A stretch of 64,000 bases of DNA from Podarcis melisellensis (lineage: Eukaryota), in assembly GCA_964234715.1 (NCBI GenBank), contig OZ174276.1. One strand, written 5' to 3'. Under the pieces are notes generated by a model. That model was given only the letters and a program-made list of their open reading frames with translations. It ran no database searches and was not told the origin of the DNA. The first letter of the stretch is position 1; each line of letters opens with the position of its first letter. The position numbers and the translations under genes were made by a program. Positions 1 to 13,040 of the stretch are shown here, piece by piece.

Positions 1-710
1 TTGGAAGCACCATGCGCAAGTCATTGTCTCAACATCAATTCTTTACCGGTTACAATAACTGGGGAAATGTTCCCAGGAAGATGACTAATATAAAGGACCA
101 CAAAACATTTAATCATTTTAAATGAAAGTTCAACACATTTTAACAAAATGTTCAATATGCAATTAATAATGTTTGGAATAGGTAGGGAGCATTACATTTT
201 AGCATAAAGCACTGAGAAGCTGCCTCTTTAATTCTTGAGCTTCCTGAATCATGAAGAGCCACTGCTAAATGTGACATTCATCAGATGAAAACCTAGCAGA
301 GCTTGAATAGCTGCAAATGTCATGAAGCTATGCAACAAGCAGCCTTCCAGCTTAAAAGGATACCAGCAGCCTGGGAGAAAGGTTCGCAAGCTGTGTAGTG
401 TTACTAAAGGTCTCTACTTCCAGCTGTTAATTTGAGCCTTCTTCCAACTCAGATCAAAAGCCTTTCTGTCTGATGCACAACCATCTAACCATACCCTGAA
501 TGGAAAGAAACCTCCTGTAGCACTAATTCTGATTCTATCAGCATACGGCTCCTGGGATTGATGTTTTAGATCCCCTTTTCCCAGATGAGCAACTGAGATT
601 AATTGGAATCTGTATAATTGGCAAAACTGTGGTAATATTGAGTAAATTTGGGGAAATTAATAAAAAAATATTTTTTTAAAAAGAAGGTGGTGCTGGAAGA
701 CAGCGTGGAG

Positions 711-845
711 AGGCTTCCTCAACCTCGGCCCTCCAGATGTTTTGAGACTACAATTCTCATCATCCCTGACCACTGGACCTGCTAGCTGGGGATCATGGGA
801 GTTGTAGGCCAAAAACATCTGGGGGGCCGAGGTTGAGGAAGCCTG
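711..845. mobile_element. Palindromic hAT-type MITE (family A)
   Basis: TIRs (c)aggcttcctcaacct...aggttgaggaagcctg; 8-bp TSD GCGTGGAG at 703-710 and 846-853. Confidence 0.85.
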
Positions 846-1807
846 GCGTGGAGCTTGAGATCTGGGGAGATTGATTTTCCAGTATGTTTGGTGCAAGCAA
901 ATGAAACATCATATACTTGATGAAGAAATCCGCCAGTGAAAGTAAATGATAGTAGTTCATATTAGCTAGAACATCCCTCCTAGGTTTAAGCTATGTGGCC
1001 TACCAACAGAGCATATTTGGAAATATTGTCTCTTGGAGTCTAGCTTAGTGGAGTCTGCTTTGGCCGAGCAGGGTGAAGTGAAATATAAACTCAACTCACT
1101 ACTTCCAGCATTCATTATCAAATAAAATAATGAATATTCCACCCTGTTCCCCTCCACTGCCATATCATGGGACTGCTACTATTTCTCTCATCCAAGAGGA
1201 CATAGAGCCATAAGCCCCCAAAAGAAATGGTACATAAAATCATTTAAAGGAATTGGCCTGTAGGCTACTAACAACAAACCATTTGTTCCAGAGTACACAT
1301 GCAATGAGTGTATCCAAGGTCAAAGGTTTGTGCACTATTTGGACTATTCCCCAAAGAGTCACACAGAAAGGCATTTCAAAAAGTTTATTCATGTCAGAGC
1401 CAGGCTATACCTGAATCTAGACTTGAAAGACAAGATTTTCAATTCAAGGTCTTTCAGGCCAATGATTAGAGCTGGAGGCTTGAGCTGGGGCCTGGAAAGG
1501 CTGGGTGCTGCAAGCAGGAGGTTCTGTTGACCAAGCGAGGACCTAACTCATAGTTTTTAAACCTGGTCAAACCAATGCAGATAATTCATATTGCTTTCCA
1601 GAAGCTGAATGTTGCACACCTCTCTTCCATTCTAGACATGAAGAAGGTTCTAAGCAGAACTGATAGTCTAATGGGATACAGTGCCTGCTAAGTTCCAGCC
1701 TTGAACCACATGGATTCTAGTTCAAATGCAAAGGTCCCTGGAACTTAAAAAAAGCACAACAACTTCCCAAGTATTTTATAAGTTAAATATATTCAATTCA
1801 AGAAGGC

Positions 1808-1827
1808 GTGTGTGTGTGTGTGTGTGT
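1808..1827. repeat. (GT)n microsatellite
   Basis: About 10 units. Confidence 0.95.
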
Positions 1828-4800
1828 TAAACAAATCATAATTGGAGAATGCCATCTTGAGACACTGTTTAGTTCAATTGGAACAAGCTACCCTAAAAGC
1901 ACACACATATGTTTGGCAAGTGATACAGACTGACCTCTCCTAGGCTGCTCTCCAAGGTCCTTCACCCCAGGCATAATTTTATAAAGGCCAGGGATGAGTG
2001 GGATATGCCAGTGGCCACAGACAATGAGACAGAAAGGTTATTAGATGGCCATATTACTCCAAGCAGATTAAGTGGCTCTCCTACCTCTCCATTCTCAGCA
2101 GTGACATATGAACGCCCATGTGCATTACTATTGTGATGTGTATTTTAATTTGTAAGCTATCTTGACTTAGATTTTCTCCCAAGAATGAGGGGCATGAATG
2201 TCAAAAATATACAAATAAACATTGCCCTTGTGGCTAGAGTTTCACCAGCAAAAGAAATTATGTGTTCAAGCCAAACTGTTCTGGCAGCAGTACAAGCAAC
2301 AATCCTGTAATTACATGGGTTGCCCATAAGCACACATAGCTGAGCATGGAATAGCAGCCTCAAAATTTTCAGCCGCCTTAGGCAGCCTCACTTGGAAGCA
2401 CTTCCCACAGAGTTCTGTGAAACCTGCTTACCAGAAAGCGTGCTTAGGACAGCAACCTTCAAAGAATAACACTGAAGATATGTAATTTGAAAAGGCAGCT
2501 TAGAAAGAAAGAAAAACCTTTTTTTAAAAAAAGAGTAAGAAGGTCTGCTCTACCCATTTTTTTATTCAACTATATTCTTTTTCCCTTCTGCAAAACAAAC
2601 CACCTTTCCACATCCTACAATGGACAATGGCAGATGCAGTAATATCCAACCCAGTTTATCCAATGGATAGTTTCTGTATGCATTTGGAAGCAAGGTGGAG
2701 AGCAAACCAAGGGCTACTGAAATGGCTGAAGAACAAGCGATGATTAAGCACCTCCATCCACCCCTTGTAGGTTTGCTTAAATCATAGTGAATGTAAGACA
2801 GATGATCTAAGCCTGCAAAAATGTATCTGGTCACTTGCAGTAAATGTTTGTGAAACAGCAGATCCTCATATCCCGGCCAAAGTTGTTCCTGGTTTGGAAG
2901 TGTTTAAACAGTTCCTAGCGGTTTTCACTGGTGACCTACTTAGTCAGAACTCTAGACTGCCACATGCAAGGGAGGGCAGAGTTTCCCACAGTGGTTTGTA
3001 GTTCAAGATGCAAGACTGGATCTAGGACTCTGAACTATTGCCCTGTTGCTGTTTGACACATGCTTTTCCAAAGTGCTGAGAAATTTTTTCAACTCTGCTT
3101 ATTCTGCCTTCTGTGATTTGAAGTATGATGGAAACAGACTCTTTAGTCTACATGAAAACTAATGGGGTCAACCACCAACATCCTAGGGTGCAATTAATTA
3201 ACGAAGCACTAAACAGAATGACGGCAAATAATTGCAACCAACATTTTTAGATTTGTCACACGCAAAGTGCCAAGTATTAAATAATGTGCTTTGTTCCTTC
3301 TAGCCTACTGAGCCAGATAATAGGTAACAGTGATCACAGGGAAAGTGTAGGCCTGATTATATGCCATACACAAAGCTATAGGCCAGGAAAGCCAGATGTC
3401 CCTGTTGCCAATGCTGGTTATGGTACCCATGAGGCAGAGACACATCTATACTTCACTAATGAGGAAGGAGCAGTAATAAAGCAGCAGTTTCATGCTTCCT
3501 AACTTCTACAATAGCTTGGCAAAACAAATAAATGCATAGGAACAAGTTACACACTAACTGTGCTAGCTACATACAAAAGCTGAGTTCTCAAACAACACTA
3601 AGTCATGGTTCATTTTAACCATACAGTATTTTGTTCAGCAAACTATGAATTACAGGCATACAAACGAATGATGCCTTGTTTCTCCAAAGCTTTGTTAGTT
3701 TTCCAGCTTCTCTCTCCTTGTGTCTATGTAGCTTAGCAAGCATCTGGAATGAAGTGGCAAAACAGGCCATGGTCAAGCAAGGCTGCTGGATTCAGACATA
3801 TTACCAAACAATAGTTAAGAACAGAAGCCATGGTTCATAAGCCAACAACAAACCATTGTTTCACAACATGATTGGTAATCACAAGCTCAAGCAAACCACA
3901 CTTCAGCTAAATAGACTGTAGCCTTTCTTCACTCTAACTGCTCTCCCATACCAGACTGATACAACCTTATGAGCAGCAGGAGAGATTTTATAGATCTACC
4001 AGTGCACCTAGTGCATTGTGTGGAAAACAGTTAGCACCAGTATAATATTAGCATTATATTATAAGATTGACAAAGTACAGTGCACAGGCAATGCCTATCA
4101 TGTGCCCCTTCTGAAGACACAACTTGGAATGCAGAGAAATTTATTATATATACAGCCATTTAGTCCCAACATGGCAAGTTTCCAGCTCCTCAAGAAATTT
4201 TGGCTGAATATGCAAGGCTTGCAAGTTGTAAATACTGTCCTAGCTTGCTTGGATTATATTGTCTAGCACCAGGCCAGCCTTAAGACAGTGCATATTTATT
4301 ACTGCCAAAAGATTATTTCAAATAGTTTCTTAATTTCACACAAGTTCATTCTGATATGCATTCAGCAATAAACATTCAGCAAAATATTTCCTCTATGTAA
4401 CAGTGCAAGCAACAGGGAGGGCAGCTACACAAGCTTTTAAATGTGGCTATTTCTTCCAACATGAAGCCAAGGAAGAGGGAAATACTAATTAAATGACAAT
4501 AGTTACATTCTTTAGCAGGTAAGGCTTGCACATAACACAGGAATGTTCTACTAAACTGGGCCTTGTCAGAGACAAAAGCTCCACGTGGAACCTTATAATT
4601 TATCCCTATAAAATGGCAGTCACTTTTGTTTCATTCAATATTACAGCACGAAACAAACTTGCTCTGAAACATGTTTACTACTCCACCAATTTCCCTAAGA
4701 GAGGGAGAGATTTCAGACAGCAGCATTTAAAATCTAAAAACACACTAAGGAAAGGCGTTTAAAATAAATGTGTGTTTTTTTAATAGGGAAATAAAAAGTT

Positions 4801-6824
4801 GTTTTCAGCAAGGTCAGATATTCCTTGCATTTTTCATACAAAAGTGAAGCGGTTTTGCTGTGTCTATATCCCTTATGTTACTCTGCAGTTTGGATTGTGG
4901 ACTAATAAGAAAATCTCATATTGTGTTGACCTCATCAAAATATTAAAGATAATCTTTCTGAAACTGCCGCATCCAGTGCATTCTGGTATCAAAACTTCTG
5001 AAAGAAACTTAAGCATGCTGCTACAGAGCAGATGAAATCAGCAAAATATGCATTTTACACACTTCTTATCCTAAAGTACACATTTTGTATACATTTAACC
5101 CAAAAAGAAACATTTTGGCTTTTTTGAAAAAGGTGATCACTATAGTTCAAGATTCAGAAAAGTACAAAAACTGTGGAGTAATTGCATTCTGGTATGTATA
5201 TTAGTCCAGGAATTGCAAAGCAGGTTGGATTGCTTAAAAATGCAGGCTGAACATAATCCTTGAGCATCCTTAGCATATGTCCAGTTCAGATGTGATGATC
5301 TCAGGCCAAATAAACCATGGTTTGTTGTCCTGAGAACAAACTATGTGCCCACATCCTCCCACCTCCCCTCATGTGCCCAGCTTTTGGTGCTTATATCCTG
5401 GCTTTTAAAAAGTGTCCTGTGATGTCAGAATTAGGAAACAGTGTTTTGACAAGGCAGGATTATGATAGCCAAAGCTGGGAGCACAAGTGGGGTTAGGAGA
5501 GGACACATGCTTACTCTCCAGCCAATAAGCTTTGGCTTAACTGGCTTGAGTTCATTGTGTCTGAACCAGGCCAAATAACCTCAAATATGGTCTTAAATAT
5601 TTTGCATGCATTTAAATACATCAAAATTCAAATAAGCAAAACTGATCTCTTTCTCTGAAAGAGGAAAGTGGGACGCTTGCAGACATCTAGCTCTGCCAAA
5701 CAAGGACAGTGTGATCCAGTTATATTGCTAGAGTTAGTGGCAGGGAATTGCATTCACTAGACAAAAAAATAATAATCATTTGGCACATTTTATAATTGCC
5801 AAAGGATGCTATTTTTATTTCTGCTTGGCAGATGTGTCTGCAAGAACCTGACAAGTTCATTCACGACTTCTCAGGGGGCCTGACAAGCTCTTTCTGGAAC
5901 CCTGACCTCCCCGCACCCCCACATGCTTAGCCTCCATTGATTTCCCCCAGCCACATAGACAAGTGCACTGCAGACAGGCACACTGGTGAGGCCAGTATTG
6001 TTTGCTCCATCCAGGGTATTGCAAGTGCACAATTCCTCCTATGCCTCATTATCCAATAGTTTTTCTGGATGTTTTCTGTACTTCTGGATTAGTACCTACC
6101 AAGCCTCAAAATTAGAGCATGGACACATCCCATACAAATGCACTCACATTTTAAAAAAGGTGTGTGTTGCACACCACTGTCTAGTCACTAAAGAAAGAGA
6201 GAGGCAATGTCACACCAGGAATACACAGTATATCCAAAATAACACACCGTTAAAAGCATCATCAGCACATATTCGATGAGTATAACTAATGCTGCAGAAG
6301 CCATTGCCATGGGGGTGCTGTCATTTTGTTTCCTGTGATCTAAGAAGAGGTGACTATACCGTGACAGGTTAGGAATATGACTGATCTCACCATCATTCAG
6401 TGTACCACCAGTGGGGATGGGATTGGGGAAGGAGAGCCCTGGGCTTTTATAACATTTTCTCTCTCCATCGGCAGCTAGTAAAGACAAAGGCAAGAATATA
6501 GCTATATGAGATCTTATGGAGCTGAGAACTGCACTGAAAGGAATTACTTGTGAAGCACACTTTGAAACCCTCTGACAAAACAGAGGGGTTAAAAAATTTG
6601 TTTAAATTGGCCCATGTAAATATCTAAAATGCGCAGAGCTGCTGCAGAGAAAGGCTCTGCGACTACAGCACCCTGTCTAGTATTGCTAATCTCCAGAATA
6701 AAATAAAAAGAGTGAAAAGGCACAGTTCATCTTCTCTGGAACATATGTGAACACCACAGTGTTTGCACATAACGTTAAAGCAATGTTTAAAATAAACCAC
6801 GAATTCATGTGAATGATCAGCATA

Positions 6825-7005
6825 CAGTGGTACCTCTGGTTACGAAAGCTTCAGGTTACGAATGCTTCAAGTTATGAGCTCCGCTAACCTGGAAGTAGCT
6901 GCTCCTGGTTGCAAACATTGCCCCAGGAAGCGAAAGGATAAGAATGGTTTCAGCTTAAGAACGGACCTCCAGAATGAATTAAGTCCGCAACCAGAGGTAC
7001 CACTG
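6825..7005. mobile_element. Tc1/mariner-type MITE (CAGTGGTACCTC family B)
   Basis: TIRs CAGTGGTACCTCTGGTT / AACCAGAGGTACCACTG flanked by TA on both sides. Confidence 0.9.
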
Positions 7006-7122
7006 TACTGTAATAGTGTGTGCTGGTCATTAGTGCCCACTTTACTCCTCCCTCCCTCCTCTACAGTATCTGCCACATTGGAAGGAAACAAACCAAAGGC
7101 TGGCTTACACATGTATACAAAC

Positions 7123-7270
7123 TTGATCAACTCCTGCCTGGAAACCTATGTCCCCACTGTAGAAGGACACATGGATCCAGAATTGGCCTCCACAGTCACT
7201 TACAGACTCACTGTTGAAACCGTGTTTATGGAAGACAATCTTACTTGGCTACAAGTGATCGCCAAAGAAG
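7123..7270 (+). mobile_element. RTE-clade LINE 3' fragment nested in a palindromic MITE (~7072-7430)
   Basis: Encodes LPGNLCPHCRRTHGSRIGLHSHLQTHC* (C-terminal CxxC...HxxxH typical of RTE ORFs), then a short 3'UTR ending gaag; possible TSD ACAAAC. Confidence 0.75.
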
Positions 7271-8243
7271 ACAAACCACAACTCATGGTTTGTTTATCTC
7301 CAAACAAACTACGAGTGGAAACCAAAGTTCATTCTTGGCTTACTCAATCATTGATGGTTTGGAGGAAATAAACCATGATCACTGATTAACATGCAACCAG
7401 CTTCTGGTTTGTTTTCTCCCACAGTGTGGCAAATCAGGTACACGGCTGACTTTTGGTCCTGCCAGTCTAGGAGTTATCATAATTTAACCCAATTGATTAA
7501 CTTAAAGATAAATGAGCTGAACTAACAAAAGTCAAGGGGTCTTATTCAAGCCATTCAATGGATGCCAGTATAAAGCTGGAGTAAGAAATAAAGCTGAAGG
7601 AACAAATTAACATTTGCTTACTGGTGGCATTTCATGTCAATGAAAGATGCTGGGGAGGACACAACTAAACACATGAACCCACTACACAAATAGGAAATGA
7701 TGAGTCTGGTTGGGAGAAGAGGAAGATCATGAGGCCGGATGGCTGTGAGAGATTAGACAGGCTCAGTGAAAAAGTTGATTACTGAAGACAATGTTCCAGC
7801 TTGGACTACAAACCTCTCTCTATTGTTTAAGATTCCTTCCGAGACAGCTGGAAAAGAGCACCCTTCCTTCAACACAATGTCATCCTTTCCAAACTCCTGT
7901 TTTCTTTGGATCTGAAATTAAGTGGCACTATTTGGAAAGGGCCCCCAAATAAGAGGTTTGAGGAAGCAAAGGAAAACGAAAAGGGATGTTTCTGCCAAAA
8001 GAAGCATTTTGTTACGACTAGAATTTAATTTACTTCTCTAAAGGTTTTTTAAAAATACAATTTTAAAAAATATTTTTGCAAAAAGTATTATGACTTGAAG
8101 CATTCAAGCAAATTCGCGCTCATGATCAAGAACATTATGTAGCATGCAGGACAACTACAGTGTAACTCAATAAAACAGAACAATGAGAACATTAGGAATA
8201 CGGTTCTAAACAGTTATTTCCAAGCAATGGTACTGCAAAGTAA

Positions 8244-8857
8244 AGGCTGGCCCAAACCATACATTTAAAGCACATCTAATGCACGTTTTGGACCATAAAG
8301 AAGGCTGATCGCCGAAGAATTGATGCTTTTGAATTGTGGTGCTGGAGGAGACTCTTGAGAGTCCCATGGACTGAAGGATATCAAACGTATCCATTCTTAA
8401 GGAAATCAGCCCTGAGTGTTCACTGGAAGGACAGATCGTGAAGCTGAGGCTTCAATACTTTGGCCACCTCATGAGAAGAGAAGACTCCCTGGAAAAGACC
8501 CTGATGTTGGGAAAGATTGAGGGCACAAGAAGAAGGGGACGACAGAGGACGAGATGGTTGGACAGTGTTCTCGAAGCTACAAACATGGGTCTGACCAAAC
8601 TGCAGGAGGCAGTGGAAGACCGGAGTGCCTGGCATGCTCTGGTCCATGTGGTAACGAAGAGTCGGACACAACTAAACAACAACAATGCACGTTTGAACCA
8701 CATGACTTCTCTCTAAGTATCCTAGAAACTGTAACTTGTTAAGGGTGCTGGAAACTGTAGGTCTGTGAGGCAGAAACTACAGTTCCCATAATTCTTTAGG
8801 GAAGGTCGTGTCCTTTAAAAATGCGTGTTATTTAAATGTATGGTGTGGATCTGCCCT
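8244..8857. mobile_element. Palindromic MITE interrupted by the BovB insertion
   Basis: Left end aggctggcccaaaccatacatttaaagcaca matches the reverse complement of right end tgttatttaaatgtatggtgtggatctgccct. Confidence 0.7.
8289..8683 (+). mobile_element. BovB (RTE) LINE, 5'-truncated 3' end
   Basis: KLRLQYFGHLMRREDSLEKTLMLGKIEGTRRRGRQRTRWLD..., (CAA)n tail, 11-bp TSD AATGCACGTTT at 8278-8288 and 8684-8694. Confidence 0.95.
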
Positions 8858-10118
8858 ATGGGTGCATAGTTTTGGAATCTGAGTTTCCTACACTAGCCAT
8901 GAATTATGTCTCCAAGCTTATGCTATGGTTACAATGGGCATGGTTTGTGCTGTATTTCATAAACCAACTCAGTGCTATAATTGTAAAGGATGGAGATTAA
9001 GATGAATTAATCTTCTCTGCAGGATCTGTACTGAGCTAGCTGTGCAGATGCTGATACCCTGACCCCGTTTTAACTTTACTGTCAAATCCTCCACTCTTAC
9101 GTTCAACACTGCAAATTATTCCATAATAAAGAATTCTGAAGGAATGAGGATCTCATTTTATCATCACAACTCTGTGAGTGAAGTTAGGCTGAGAGGGGAG
9201 AGGGTGATCTGCCCAGGGGCAACAATGTTAGTTCTGAATGAAGCCCTGATTTTTTGTGGGTCCTTGACATTTCAGAGCCAACTAAAGGTACACTAAAAGG
9301 GAAAAATATCTGAAGGTCTTGGGATACCACATCTGATTGGATGCAAGGGTATGATTTCACTTAACAATCTGGGGAAACAAGGCTCGTGGTTTCAAAAATA
9401 GCTCCCTAGTTAATCAGAAAATGATATTCAGCCCAGCATTTCAACAGTTCAATGCACAAATGATAAACTTATAATTAGAAATCACTCACATAGAACATGG
9501 CTGCATATACAAAAGTAACAAACATCTGCAAGTGAAGCAAAGAAAACCATTCATTATCAATTGATGTTGGGATGTACCCTTTCAAAACCAAAATGAACTC
9601 TTTTTGCTGTTTGTGTGTTTGTGTGTGTGCTCTTTTCAAAAAAAGGACTTATGAATGGGAAAATGTTACTTTCAGAAGGAAAGAAGCCGTGATAGGAGAA
9701 ACCATGAGTTTAGTTTTGTTGTAGAGCTCTGCTTTTTAAAAAACAAAATAAAACACCTGCATTGCAGGGGGTTGAACAAGATGAACGCCTTGGTCCCTTC
9801 CAACTCTGAGTCTGTGATTCTGTCTGTGATTTGATGATTTCAATAATTTTGATATCAGTCTCAGGCAGTCTAAGTCTGCTTGCAGATGTCGGTTTTATAT
9901 ATAAATATGTACTACTAGTGGTATTTATCAGAAACAGCACAATCGGAGCATTCTTTCTGTGCACTTAAATATGTAAATACAAGGCAGCTGGGGTCACTAA
10001 ACTGTTAAATTGTGCAGCATAGCACTGTGAGTAATCTTATTCAGAACACAGAGATAAACTTGCTTGCTCCATTAAAGTCAACTGGCCTTTAGATTACACT
10101 GTATTTCTCCAATATAAA

Positions 10119-10258
10119 CAGTGGCGTAGCGTGGGGGTGCAGGGGGGGGCGGCCGCACCGGGCGCAACATCTGGGGGTTAGGGGGCGCAAATCCACGGAT
10201 TAGGGGGCACAAATTACTTGCCTTGCCATGGGTGCTGACAACCCATGCTACGCCACTG
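10119..10258. mobile_element. hAT MITE with CAGTGGCGTAGC TIRs
   Basis: Perfect 12-bp TIRs; perfect 8-bp TSD AATATAAA. Confidence 0.9.
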
Positions 10259-10290
10259 AATATAAAGAAAAGAAAATTTGCATTGAAATA

Positions 10291-10505
10291 CAGTAGTACC
10301 TCGGTTTACAGACGCTTCAGGTTACAGACTCCACTAACCCAGAAATAGTATCTCGGATTAAGAACTTTGCTTCAGGATGAGAACAGGAATCGCACGGCGG
10401 CGGTGGGAGGCCCCATTAGCTAAAGTGGCACCTCAGGTTAAGAACAGTTTCAAGTTAAGAACGGAGCTCCAGAACGAATTAAGTTCTTAACCTGAGATAC
10501 CACTG
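10291..10505 (+). mobile_element. Tc1/mariner-type MITE (family B)
   Basis: TA TSD, same TIRs, internal ttcaggtta subrepeats; colinear with 22449-22669. Confidence 0.9.
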
Positions 10506-11815
10506 TATTTAACCTAAAGCCTATATTGCTAAGAAAAGGAAAAGGAAATTGTTCTTCTCCTATGATGTTATTTATCGTATTGTTAACATACCAGTGGTAT
10601 TAATAACATACCAAGGATGCTCGAAAAATCCAATGCACTGACTACCCAAAGTGGCTTTCATTTATAGCTTGCATTTCATTGCATCTGAACAGCTGAAGAG
10701 TCCATTTAGCTTTGTCTGTTTCAAATCATAATTCTTAAATTATCTAGCATAACTCAGCAAATACATCTGGTATGAACTGCAATTTCTTACGTGTTTAAAA
10801 TCCAGTGGGGATGGAAGAAAGTCATGTTAAATATTCCAATGCACATGATTTAGGCAAAAGCTTCATTATTGATGTATTTATTTTTAAACACATGTTTTGG
10901 CCAAAAAGCTAGCCAGCCATGTCATTCTAACTCCCTTTGATGGGTAAAGTCAAATTAACAAGTGCTCTAGGGGATTTGTGAATGGAGGAAGGAAAAGGGC
11001 ACCCTGGGTTTCCACTCACCCGGATTACAGCTCTGACACTTTGATTTTCTTTCCCCACAATAAAAACTGTGAGTTGCTTTATTCATAAAGTTCCAAAGGG
11101 TTAAGAAAGAAAGAAAAAATGTGATTACTGTGCTGCATCTGGATCCTTAGCCTTATCAAAGCTGTCATGGGACACAGAAAATGTTTGCACGTTTTATCTG
11201 AAAAATGTCAACCAAATTCACAGAACTAGTCTGTAGGGTATAACAAGAAGGTCTTCCTTATCACAAGCAAACAAAGCAATTATTCTGAATATGGAATAGG
11301 GAAGCAAAAAACATGGAAATTGGCAGTTTCAGTGTTTCTGTTGCTTCAAGTCCTTCCTCCATCCACCCCCTCTCATGCCCATGGGACCAAAATTCTGGCT
11401 AGCAAGGAAATTTTCACATAAAAGCCAATGGCACTCTCTGAAGCTACATACTTTCAGGCCTGAGAACATCTTTCCCCAAAGACATAACCCAACGGATTCC
11501 ACCCCCACCCCATGCTCCTTGGCTCAATGTTCTGTTCCCATGGCTTAAATATGTGGGTCATTGAAGATCTAGACATTTAACGGAAACTAGGATAAGAGAG
11601 AGACATGCCCCTCCTGCCAAGGCTTCCAGATCCTATTTGCAAGAGGACATTTATTGAAATAAGTGGAAGGGGAAAGAGACGAGTTTTGAAAACCATTTCC
11701 AGAAAGGTAGCTGTACTGTTGTCTTGCTTTTGTTGCAAGCAGTTCTTAGTGAGGACCAGAATAGTTTCTGCTGATCAAAATAGACCAGCATGGGGCAAAA
11801 TGATCACAGGATTTA

Positions 11816-12057
11816 CCGTATTTTTTGCTCTATAAGACACACTTTTTCCCTCCTAAAAAGGAAGGGGAAATGTGTGTGCATCTTATGGGGCGAATGCAGG
11901 CTGCGCAGCTATCCCAGAAGCCAGAACAGCAAGAGGAATTGCTGCTTTCACTGCACAGCGATCCCTCTTGCTGTTCTGGCTTCTGGGATTCAGAATATTT
12001 TTTTCCTTGTTTTCCTCCTCCAAAAACTAGGTGCGTCTTATAGAGCGAAAAATACGG
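11816..12057. mobile_element. Tc1/mariner (Tc2/pogo-like) MITE
   Basis: TIRs ccgtattttttgctctataagac / gtcttatagagcgaaaaatacgg; TA on the left, TG on the right. Confidence 0.8.
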
Positions 12058-12509
12058 TGCTCAGTGTAAAGGCAATTCCTTATACAAAGCGCTTTACTTC
12101 TCAAAACAGTGAACAAGTAATAAACCTGAAAACCGCACATCTTAGGAAAGCATGAAGTATATGAATTCCAAACATGTGTGGTATAGTGCCAACTGTCTAA
12201 CCCTAAGCCAGGGGCAGCATCAAGAGTTGACATCACTGGGTCCTTGGCAAGGCCTTCTGCCCCCTGCTCTTTGCTGATATGAGCAAGAAAGCAGGGAGGA
12301 GAGCCAGGAGTTAACTTCTGTATGTGTTGTCTTCTCTAACTCACTCCAAGAAATGATGCCAATTGAGCCCAGAAGGAGAGGAAAGTGAATGGGAAGTGCC
12401 GAAGAGGAATGCGTGTTCTGGAAGAGGGGTGGGGCACAGAGAAAATATTGCCCAAGCCCCCTCCCCCCCCCAAAAAAACCTCCTAGAAATGGAAGTATTT
12501 CTCAAAACG

Positions 12510-13040
12510 AGACCACCTTTATTTATGCATTCATTCCAAATAAAATGCAAATCCCAAAGTGGTTTACAACAGCAAAGTGAAACTTAAGAAAACAAAATAA
12601 GATATGTAACAGAACAGAACAATAAATAAACTATCTGAAACAGTAACAGCTAACCGGCCAATCTGTTAAGAAAATCTAATCAGTAGCCCATAAAAACCAG
12701 GGGGAAATTAAATACATTTTCAGGCAGCACCAAAAACTCAAGAGTGAGCACCTTTCTTATTTTGGGGAGGTGAATGGTTCCACAGACTAGGCACTGCAAG
12801 ATAAAAGTCTCTCTGCTTACTGTCAGGTGTTCTTCTCCAGCAGGCAGCAGCACAACCAGAAGAGCCTCATCCCAAGATTTTATGAGCTGAGGGAGTTGAC
12901 ATGGGCAAAGACGTTCCTTAAGATATCCAGGTCCCAAGTTGTTAAGCCTTTTGTAAGTCAACATGCCAAACTTTGTCTGGCAGCACGGCATGAGCATGAG
13001 TAGGCTGCTCCCAACAGCAGCCTAACTACTGTATTTTGAG
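12510..13040 (-). mobile_element. Decayed L2 LINE 3' fragment
   Basis: Minus-strand remnants QNTVVRLL... and KFGMLTYKRLNNLGPGYLKERL resemble the L2 ORF2 C-terminus. Boundaries approximate. Confidence 0.65.

Noticed and set aside
2562-6493. Minus-strand ORFs at 6188-6493 and 2562-2834 as further exons of the unknown gene
   Set aside because: Plausible splice dinucleotides exist, but the peptides are unrecognisable and cannot be linked without transcript data.
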